A DNA stretch of 64,000 nucleotides from Octopus vulgaris (taxonomy: Eukaryota), in contig OX597827.1 in assembly GCA_951406725.2 (NCBI GenBank), positions 63,674,001 through 63,738,000 of the forward strand, in the 5' to 3' direction. Position 1 is the first letter of the stretch; every line of letters starts with the position of its first letter. The translations under genes and the position numbers were made by a program. Positions 54,181-64,000 of this stretch are shown in pieces. The notes under the pieces were generated by a model. It ran no database searches. It saw nothing but the letters and a program-made list of their open reading frames with translations, and had not been told where the DNA came from.

Positions 54181-54215
54181 CGGTTTCAGGGATGATTGTC
54201 CCCTCATCAGAAAAC
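54181..54215 (-). ncRNA. Hammerhead motif truncated in stem III
   Basis: GTTTT CTGATGA GGGGA caatca TCCCT GAAA CCG, with no UH or stem I partner. Confidence 0.5.
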
Positions 54216-54496
54216 ATATATCTTGAATATTTAACTATCCAGAGAATCAGTAAACTCAATATAGAAACATATATGTATACATACGTGTGTGTGTGTGTGT
54301 GCGTATGCACACACATCTCAAAATTAGATAAATGTCATCGTTATTGAAAGATTATATTTCTGGAAACAAAATAATGTCATTTGTTGAATTTAGATTGTTA
54401 ATCTATATTTAGTAGACATGCCTTGTGCAGTTTACACATAGATAGATGGATGGATGGATAGGTAGGTAGATAGATAGATAGATAGATAGATGAAAA

Positions 54497-54542
<46 letters not shown>

Positions 54543-54848
54543 GGATAGTTAGATAGATAGATAATAGATAGCTAATAGATAGATAGATATCTGCTCTTTG
54601 TGATTCTATCTAGCCAATTGGCAGTGTTCATATATATTGATGTGCCTCAATTCTTAAGGAATCCTTTTAATTGAAATATACGTGCATGCACACACACAAA
54701 CACACACACACGCACACACACATGTAGTTTGTTTTGTTGAAACTCAAGTTACAAAACAAACTTTTAGATTCAATTTCAGTAAAAAAAATTGTATTGAGCA
54801 ATTTCTTTCTCATTTGTTTAACATTAGGCAACGTATGAAAAAGTACAG

Positions 54849-54882
<34 letters not shown>

Positions 54883-55416
54883 CTATGTATGCATATGTAT
54901 ATGTATATATATGTATATATTTGTGTGTCTTTGTTTGAGTGCATGTGGCAGTAGATTATCAGGATATAACATCAATAGTCTTCTTAATTTGCTTATAAAA
55001 TATCAGTCTGTCACATAATTAAATAGTAAATATTTATATAGAACACAGTATAAAGTAAAACTTGCGACTGTAGATTTATACCCATTATCTATGTTTCGTT
55101 TATTATAACCTTGATAAACCTTTATCATTGTAACTGCTGTTCATAACTGTTGGTTTTTCTCTTCAACGTAAGTTAAAATTTCCTAAAAGCATTTGCATCC
55201 ATCTTGTGATTGACCCAAAGTTGAATCAAAGCCAACACATGAAATATTGCAGCTTATTCTTAAAATTGAGTATAAGTCAAATCCTACACATTAAATGGGA
55301 ATTCTGTGGGTTCAGAACAATGTTAACCATCTAGTCATCCTTAAGGATGACCAATAACTATTGTGATGACTTTGTTTAAATTGAAGAAGTGTTGCATACT
55401 TTCAACAACACTCTCT

Positions 55417-55650
55417 TATTTCTTTATTGCCCACAAGGGGCTAAACATAGATGGGACAAACAAGGACAGACAAATGGATTAAGCCGATTATATCGATCCC
55501 AGTGTGTAACTGGTACTTAATTTATCGACCCTGAAAGGATGAAAGACAAAGTTGACCTCCAACGAATTTGAACTCAGAACGTAAAAACAGACGAAATACT
55601 GCTAAGCATTTTGCCCGGTGTGCTAACATTTCTGCCGGCTTGCTGCCTTA
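55417..55650 (-). mobile_element. SINE family B
   Basis: Reverse complement of the B consensus. Confidence 0.85.
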
Positions 55651-56629
55651 AGGCAATCATTAAATTGTTGGATAGAATGCCTTATAGCATTTGTTCTGAC
55701 AGTCTGCTGTCTGAGTTCAAATCCTGCTAAGGTAATCTGGTATCCTTTCTTCCTTTTGTAGGGGTGGATTTAATAAAATAAAGTACCAATGAAGGACCAT
55801 GTGTCAACAGAATTGTTAGAGTTGTCAGGAAGCAAGATACCTTGTGGTATTTATGGTAGTTCTTTGAATTCTGATAGCAACACATGTGATAACACTGGTA
55901 CCAAGCTATGTCAGCCCAAGTCAGAGGTTTTACTCTTATATAAAACGCATCTATGGTGTAGAGAATGAAACCTTGCGTATCTGGGTAACTACCTGTCATC
56001 CTTAAAAACTTCTTTCTCAAGATGCATAATCGATCTTGACCAATAGAAGTCTTACTTACCAGAATTCTTTTTCTTAAATTTTTTTTTTATCTTTTACTTG
56101 TTTCAGTCATTGGACTGCTGCCATGTTGTGACACCACCTTGAAAGGTTTTTAGTTTTAACAAATTGATACCAGTACACGTGTTTTTCTTTAAGTCTGTTA
56201 TTCATTCCGTCAGACTCTTTTACTGAACTACTAATTTATGGTAGACATAAGCAAACCAACACTAATTTTCAGTCAGTGGGTGGAGGAGAAACAGAGAGGA
56301 AAACACACACACATGATGAGATTCCTCACAATTGTTTCTATGTACCAAATTCATTCACAAGACATTTGTTGGTTCAGTATGAGACACTTACTCAAGGTGC
56401 CATGTCATGGGACTGAACCTGGAACCATTATTGTTGTAGTTATCGTTATTATTGTCATTTCCGCTGAGGTCAACTTTGGGAGTCAATAAATTAAATACCA
56501 GTGAAACACTGGGGGCAATATAATCAACTAGTCTCCTCCTGCAAAATTTCAGGTCTTGTAGAAAGGTTAATTATCATTATCATCCTCTTCATCATACAAA
56601 AGCTATATTTAGTTTAATTTGTAGAGATG

Positions 56630-56896
56630 TTATCCTGCAACATGGCCAAACATGCTGCCTGATTTTCCAGGTTAGAACCTGCTTACTGTGTTCTCTTCAC
56701 TGAGGACCCGGCTGAGTTGACAGCTCATATTGATTGACCACATGGTCACAGCAGATGAGGAAGTATCTCACAGAGATGGAGCCTGACTGGAACTATGCTG
56801 GATGGGTCACCCAAGACAATGCAGGACTATACAGACAAATAGTAAATGCAGCAACATGCTGCAACAACTCATGCCTTCACACCTGATCCAACCTGA
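56630..56896 (+). pseudogene. RTE-clade LINE 3' end remnant (third RTE lineage in the window)
   Basis: HAA*FSRLEPAYCVLFTEDP.../TWSQQMRKYLTEM...YRQIVNAATCCNNSCLHT*, then a cctga repeat. Confidence 0.55.
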
Positions 56897-57501
56897 TGTT
56901 ATCCTGAGGTTTAGCAGCCACAAGTCTTGTCAAATTTCAAGAATCTTTTCTCAAGATGCTTACAGAATTCAGCTATACATTATTCTGCAACTGGAAAATA
57001 CAGAACTCAATTCCAGTATCCCTCCATGTCAGTTTGGGCATTGAGGCGAGTGCACCAGTTATCATGGGAACAGTTGTACCTTTGTTTTCCATCAAATAGT
57101 CATACACAGTTCAGTGATAAGTGATATTGCTACAGCCTAAGTTGAACAGAATCAAATACTTCATCCTTTGTTCCATTCACAATGGCAGGGCTGTTATAGT
57201 TAACAAACCAGACATTGTTCCTAAACAATGGAAAAGTAATCTCACAATATTTAGGTGTATTCCTGTTATTTCCTACATAAACTGTGTCATTGAGCGCTGA
57301 TTCTGTGAAGTATGTGATGTGTGAGTTGTGTTATTTTATTGTGCAGTGATTGTGTGACTGATTTTATAGATTGTATGTGTTTTTATATGTCGGTGCATAG
57401 ACTATAATGTGTGTGTGTGTTGTAATATTATATTGAAAGTGTTATGGGTTAACACTGGAAGCAAAAAACATCTGCAGAAAGTAATACATAGATGTGTATA
57501 A

Positions 57502-57732
57502 GGCGGCGAGCTGGCAGAAACGTTAGCGTACTGGGCGAAATGCTTAGCGGTATTTCGTCTGCTGTTACGATCTGAGTTCAAATTCCGCCAAGGTCGACTT
57601 TGCCTTTCATCCTTTCAGGGTTGATAAATTAAGTACCAGTTACGCACTGGGGTCAATTTAATCAACTTAATCCCTTTGTCTGTCCTTGTTTGTCCCCTCT
57701 ATGCTTATCCCCTTGTGAGCAATAAAGAAATA
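57502..57732 (+). mobile_element. SINE family B with 20-bp TSD
   Basis: agaaagtaataca.agatgt at 57476-57495 and 57733-57752. Confidence 0.9.
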
Positions 57733-58130
57733 AGAAAGTAATACACAGATGTTTTTACAACATTTGGGTTAACAAAAGTCTGCTATAACCAAATGTTTGT
57801 GTACCTGCAGGGGCCACAGACCCTACTAATATTAGGGTTGACAAACACAGATGCACAAACATACACACACACACACACACAGAGAAATACATGCACACAA
57901 ATACACACACACACATATATACAACAGGCTTCTTTCAGTTTCCGTCTACCAAATCCACTCACAAGGCTTTGGTCACCTATTGCACCTGTACAGGTAATGT
58001 TGATTTGATGGAGGGAGTGAGCTTATGTGTACACAGACATTTGATCACTATAAACAAATCGTATGTGTGGTTGTTCGGTAAGAAATTGTCGAACCCTCAT
58101 ACATCATCTAATGACAGGAGAATTCATTAT

Positions 58131-58175
<45 letters not shown>

Positions 58176-58180
<5 letters not shown>

Positions 58181-58583
58181 TTATTAGTGAATTGAAGAAA
58201 TGGAGTTGAACGAAGATTGAACAGAATTCCTTTTATTGCATTCTACACATGCTTTGCTGCGCCTCTGTTCTGTTTTGTTCTGCCAACGGAATTCCTATTT
58301 TTTTCCTGAAGAGAAAGCCACAATATGGTATCCTTATTTAATCAGAATTTGGAAAATTGTGGCTTTTGAAACATATGTAGAATGCAATAAAAGGAATTCT
58401 GTTCAATCTTCGTTCAACTCCATTTCTTCAATTCACTAATAATACTAAAATTCAATTATCCGCACCAACGCACGGTTGCAACACCAAAAGGTTTTATCTC
58501 CAACCGTGCTTTCTTCTGCTGTGATTTTTGATACCAAGGTATCGGTTAAACTTTTGATTAATCTGCAACAAGATTATTCATCT

Positions 58584-58590
<7 letters not shown>
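58176..58590 (+). mobile_element. Penelope/retrozyme-like element: 76-bp inverted repeat around an intact hammerhead
   Basis: Arms 58176-58251 and 58372-58447 (1 mismatch seen); bounded by (TA)n on both sides. Confidence 0.7.
58303..58382 (+). ncRNA. Type-I hammerhead ribozyme with intact core
   Basis: TTC CTGAAGA GAAAGCCACAAT..ATTGTGGCTTTT GAAA CATATGT A GAA; 12-bp stem II; palindromic stem III; predicted cleavage after 58379. Confidence 0.75.
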
Positions 58591-58618
<28 letters not shown>

Positions 58619-59083
58619 CATCATCATCATCGTTTAACGTCCGTTTTCCATGCTAGCATGGGTTGGACGGTTCAACTGGGGGTCTGGGAAGCCAGAAGGC
58701 TGCGCCAGGCCCAGTCTGATCTGACAGTGTTTCTACAGCTGGATGCCCTTCCTAACGCCAACCACTCCGAGAGTGTATATATATATATAGATATAGGTTC
58801 AGCAAAAATTTAGATTCAAATGAATATGGTACTTAATTTAGATGCACCAGAATTTTGTATGGTGTTATCCATAAAAATCCGTGGGGTGATTATAATCAAA
58901 ATAATACTTACAACATTTAATAAAAAGATGTAGTATGAAACGATCGTACCAAATTACCGGAGTCATTCTTGTTGCTTATTTTGATTATATATATATATAT
59001 ATGTTTGTATATGTGTATATATATTGTTAGATAGATATACATATGTATATACATGCCCACATACTTATTCACATACATACGCG

Positions 59084-59122
<39 letters not shown>

Positions 59123-60010
59123 CATACATACATCCATATATACAATACCCGCTCTGACGTGGATACAGTCCAGGAACTGAAACAAATAAGAGTGGAGGAG
59201 TTTGCATATATATATGCGTGTGAATGGTTGCGTGTACGCATATGAGTATTTAGAGACGTGTGTACGTGCTTGCATGCATGTGTGTTTGTGTGTGCGTGCG
59301 TGCGTGCGTGTGTGTGTGTGTGTGTGTATGTCTTGGTATATGACTAAACTGTAGCATTTGTTAAAAACCAACCATTCTCTGCTTTTAGTGCAATAGCTTC
59401 CAGTGAAAATGTTGTAGTTGTTGTTTGGTGGCGGTGGCGGCAGTGGTGGCGATGGTGGCAGTAATGGCGGTAGAGATGGTGGAGGTGGCGGTGGTGGTGG
59501 TGGTGGTGGTGGTGGGGATACTCACTGATGTGCTGGTAATGATACAGTCTTAATGATGGTGCCCGTGGCTTTGACTAACTATAATGGCATTGAGGTGGTC
59601 GCGGATGCTTTTGGATGTGTTTGAATGTGGTGGAGGTGCGTGTCAGCAGTAGAGGTGTTTTGTTGTGATATTGGATTATAGGAGGTTGCTGGTGGATAGT
59701 AATGGTGGTGGTGGTGGCGGTGGTGGTGGTGGTGGGGTGTTGGAGACTGAGTGCTGTTCGTATAATGAAGTGGGTGTTTATGTTATTGATGTGGAGATGG
59801 CACTGTGGGGGGGGATGCTGTCTGTGGTAATATGTTGTGATAATACGGCAGCTAGACGTGGAGGTAAACGAAGCTAACTGTGCTTACAGATGGGTGAGCT
59901 GTGGTTAATAACAGTCTCAAATTTTTGCCATAAGGCCAGGGAAGATCAGGTGAGGTGGGTAAGTTGATTACTGGTACTTATTTTACCAATCTATCAAAAC
60001 GATGAAAGGC

Positions 60011-60463
60011 AGAGATGATCATGCTGGTCAAAATGTAAAAACCAGAGATGACCCTGGTGGTCAAAATGTAAAGTCCAGAGATGACCCTGGTGGTCAAAAT
60101 GTAAAAACCAGAGATGACCAAGGTGGTCAAAATGTAAAGTCCAGAGATGACAATGGTGGTCAAAATGTAAAGACCAGCGATGACCATGGTGGTCAAAATG
60201 TAAAGGCCAGAGATGACCATGGTGGTCAAAGTGTAAAGACCAGAGATGACTATGGTGGTCAAAGTGTAAAGACCAGAGATGACCATGGTGGTCAAAATGT
60301 AAAGACCAGAGATGACCATGGTGGTCAAAGTGTAAAGACCAGAGATGACTATGGTGGTCAAAATGTAAAGACCAGAGATGACCATGGTGGTCAAAATGTA
60401 AAGACCAGAGATGACCATGGTGGTCAAAATGTAAAGACCAGAGATGACCATGGTGGTCAAAAT
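60011..60463. repeat. 33-bp minisatellite (~14 copies) inside a minus-strand SINE B relic
   Basis: Unit agagatgaccatggtggtcaaaatgtaaagacc; flanks gatgaaaggc and gctaagcattttgcc...tctgccagctcactgcc. Confidence 0.9.
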
Positions 60464-60805
60464 GCCGCTAAGCATTTTGCCCTGCACATACTAATGGTTC
60501 TGCCAGCTCACTGCCTTAAGACCTGTAGTAATATCAGCTTCAGATTTTGCCACAAAGCCAGCAAGATCAGAGGAGGCGGGTAAATCAATTATATCAACCC
60601 CTGTGTGCTCAACTGGTACTTATTTTATTGACCCTGCAAAATGATGAAAAGCAGAGTTGATCTTCATGGAATCTGAGCTCAGAACACAAAGACAGATGAA
60701 ATGGAACTAAGCATACCCAGCATGCACCAATGATTTTACCAGCTTGCTGCTTTAAGACTTGAGGTAATATTGGTTTTAAACTTTGGTGCCAGGCCTGCAA
60801 GTATA

Positions 60806-61162
60806 GGTGTAGGAGTGGCTGTGTGGTAAGTAACTTGCTTGCCAACCACATGGTTCCGGGTTTAGTCCCACGGCGTGGCACCTTGGGCAAGTGTCTTCTA
60901 CTATAGCCTTGGGCCGACCAAAGCCTTGTGAGTGGATTTGGTAGACAGAAACTGAAAGAAGCCTGTCGTACATATGTATATGTATATATATATATATTGT
61001 CCCCCCAACGTCGTTTGACAACCGATGCTGGTGTGTTTACGTCCCCGTAACTTAGCAGTTCAGCAACAGAGATCAATAGAATAAGTACTAGGCTTTCAAA
61101 GAATAAGTCCTGGGGTCGATTTACTCAACTAAAGGCAGTGCTCCAGCATGGCTGCAGTCAAA
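60806..61162 (+). mobile_element. SINE family A
   Basis: A consensus motifs. Confidence 0.85.
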
Positions 61163-61184
61163 AGGCTAATTGTGGTATTGTTCA

Positions 61185-61865
61185 AGTTAACTATGGTAAT
61201 TGTGACCCCAGCTGTGGTAACAAATAGGTGAGCTAGCCATAGTAATAGGTAAGTAAGTTATTGTAATTGCATACCAAGCTTTGGTAACAGATGGGTAAGC
61301 TATGGTAATAGTAATGCTAGTCATGGTAATAAGCAAGTTAGCTGTGGTAATAGGATGATTACCTGTGGTAACAGGTGGGTGAGCTATGGTAATAATAAGG
61401 CTAGTCATGGTAATAGGCAAGTTAACTGTGGTAATGATGAGGTTACCTATGGTAACAGACGGGGGAACTACAGTGATAGTAAGGCTAGCTATGGTACTAG
61501 GCAGGTTAGCTGTGGTAATGATGAGGTTACCTATGGTAACAGATGAAGAGCTACGGTAATAGTAAGGTTAGCTATGGTAATAGGCAAGTTAGCTGTTGTA
61601 ATAATGAGTCTGCCTGTGGTAACAGATGGGTGAGCTATGGTAACAGAAAGGCTAACAGTGGTAATGGGCAAAAATAGCTATGGTAATAGTGAAGCTAACT
61701 ATGGTAACCAATCATAATAATGGCTGTGAAATTATTATCAAAGCTAGTAGGGCTAGCTCTGTTAATAATGGCAACCGCTGTGGTAATTGCACAGCTAGCT
61801 ATAGTAACATCAAACCTAACTGTGGTAATATATCCTGATTATAGTGGAGTTGGTCATGGTAATAT
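61185..61865. repeat. Degenerate ~21-bp minisatellite (ggtaataggcaagttagctgt)
   Basis: The tggtaa motif recurs at about 21-bp spacing for roughly 30 units. Confidence 0.8.
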
Positions 61866-61869
61866 AGAG

Positions 61870-62249
61870 TGGTGGTGTCGGCAGTGGTGGTTTTTATAGC
61901 AGGGGAGATAATTGGTAGAGGTAGTATTGTGGTTCTTGCCTTTAACAACGAAGGTGTCAATGCTGGTATTCAGAAGATAGTAGTAGTTATAGTAGTAGTA
62001 GTATTAGTAGTGATTATATGGAGTGGTGGTGGTAGAGGTGATGGTGGTGGTGGCAGCAGGGGCAGCAGCAGTAAATTTGCTAGTAATGGTGGCATTACCT
62101 GTGGAGATACAATGGTGATGGTAGTAGTAGTAGTAGTGGTAGTAGTAGTAGTAATGATACTGATGTTGTGATGGTGGTGGTGGTGGTGATGACAGTGGTG
62201 TTTATGGTATTGTAAAAAAGGGGTATGCTTCATTATCATCATTGGCTGC

Positions 62250-62317
<68 letters not shown>

Positions 62318-62494
62318 TCCCTGCAGTTGCCTCTGTTCTCAGTGTTTGCATCATCTGCCGTGTGTAAATTGATCGATTGTACATTGACTACACCTGCCCC
62401 CCCCCCCCACCACCACCACCACTTCCTCCTCCATTACATTCATTATTGCTCCTGCCCCCCATCCCCCCCTCACTTTCTGTCTCTGTCTCTCTGA

Positions 62495-62536
<42 letters not shown>

Positions 62537-62781
62537 TTCTGTCTTATTTCTTTCTCCTTACTCAATGCACCCTACTCTCTCTTGACCTCTTTTTCATTCA
62601 TCCTTTCTTTCTCTCTCTCTCTCTCTTTCACTTTCTCGCCCTCTTTTTTCTTTCTTTCTCCTTTTCTCCTTCCGTTTTTCTCTCTCCATTTCTCTTATTC
62701 TTTTTCTCTCACTTCTTTTTCTCTTTCTCTTCCCCCATTTCTCTATCTCCCTTTTTCTATTTCTTTTCCCCTTTCCCTCTT

Positions 62782-62840
<59 letters not shown>

Positions 62841-63059
62841 TGCCATACATATGTATATACAGGGCTTCTCTTCAGCCCTGGCTCTTCTTCCTACTTGTCT
62901 ACAAACCTACCTAATTCCACTACTAACATCATCATCATCATCGTCATCATCATCATCGTCGTCATCATCATCATCATCATCACCATTGTTTACAGTATGC
63001 ATGTTCTCAGTTTTTGCATTCAGCATACATGACAATATTTTCTGTCATCATGCACCAAT

Positions 63060-63114
<55 letters not shown>

Positions 63115-63470
63115 ACTCTTGCTCTCTATCTCTTTCACTCTCTCTCTCTCTCTCTTTCTTGTCTTTTTTTCTTCCTTTACTGTCACCATCATTAGTTCAT
63201 CATTACCATCACCATCAATTTTAATCATCTTCGTCATCATCATCATTATCATCATCATCATCATGTATCTTCATCATTACCATCATCATCATTACCCTAA
63301 TCATCACCAACATCACTATCATCAGCATCATCACCATCATTGTCATCATCATTACCCTCAACATTACCACACCATTATCCCACATCATGCACTGATTTGT
63401 ATTGATATTGGTATAGGTAATGGTAATGATGGGGGTGGAGATAATGCTACTGGTGTTGATATTAGCATTG
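61870..63470. repeat. Compound microsatellite zone (GTA, GGT, GCT, CT, CAT)
   Basis: Seen directly. Confidence 0.9.
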
Positions 63471-63606
63471 GTGGTAGTACCAGTGGTCTTCATCAGAGAG
63501 ATATTCATACTGTTGTTGCTGTAATTGTTTAATCAGTGAGCAGAGGTCTCGTTAGCATGCCAGACAAAGCACTTTGAGGCATTTCATCCATCTATTACAG
63601 GACACA

Positions 63607-64000
63607 TCATCATCATCATCATCATCGTTTAACATCCGCTTTCCATGCTAGCATGGGTTGGACGATTTAACTGAGGTCTGGCGAACCAGATGGCTGCACC
63701 AGACTCCAATCTGATCTGGCAGAGTTTCTACAGCTGGATGCCCTTCCTAATGCAAACCACCCCGAGAGTGTAGTGGCTGCTTTTACATGCCACCGGCACG
63801 CAGGCCAGTCAGGTGTACTGCAACAACCACGCTCAAATGGTGCTTTTTATGTGCCACCTGCACAGGAGCCAGTCCAGTGGCACAGGCAACGACCTCACTT
63901 GAATGCTTTTTCACGTGCCAGTAAGGCGACGCAGGTAATGATCACGCTCAAATGGTGCTTTTTATGTGCCACCTGCACAGGAGCCAGTCCAGTGGCACAG
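63607..64000 (-). mobile_element. SINE family C running off the window end, with internal tandem subrepeats
   Basis: The block cacgctcaaatggtgctttttatgtgccacctgcacaggagccagtccagtggcacag occurs twice. Confidence 0.85.

Noticed and set aside
59978-60583. CRISPR array or genuine repeat-protein CDS
   Set aside because: No spacers; the flanks are SINE sequence, and ORF openness follows from a stop-free 33-bp unit.
62377-63532. 272-aa and 172-aa hydrophobic/His-rich ORFs
   Set aside because: Composed of CT and CAT repeats.

Overview
AT-rich, repeat-saturated eukaryotic non-coding DNA. It is almost certainly intronic or intergenic cephalopod (Octopus-like) sequence, judged from the SINE families and microsatellite load; this is recognition from memory, not a database hit. 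No host protein-coding gene can be supported, and nearly all listed ORFs are microsatellite or SINE artefacts. The window holds: (i) dozens of tRNA-derived SINEs from about 5 modular families (my labels A-E); (ii) decayed non-LTR retrotransposon pieces of the CR1, RTE, Tx1 and R4/Dong-like clades; (iii) Tc1/mariner MITEs, a Helitron-like element and a piggyBac-like end; (iv) very long AAT/ATT, CAC, CAT, TA and CT microsatellites and several minisatellites. The least-explained signal is a set of about 10 clear, plus several degenerate, minimal type-I hammerhead ribozyme motifs from at least 6 unrelated short Penelope/retrozyme-like families, all sitting in TA/CA tracts. Three have intact catalytic cores (13703-13824, 52055-52089, 58303-58382), and two lie inside long fold-back inverted repeats. 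Also notable are retro-inserts flanked by inverted rather than direct duplications, a SINE whose tail matches a Tx1-clade LINE, and a 33-bp minisatellite born inside a SINE.
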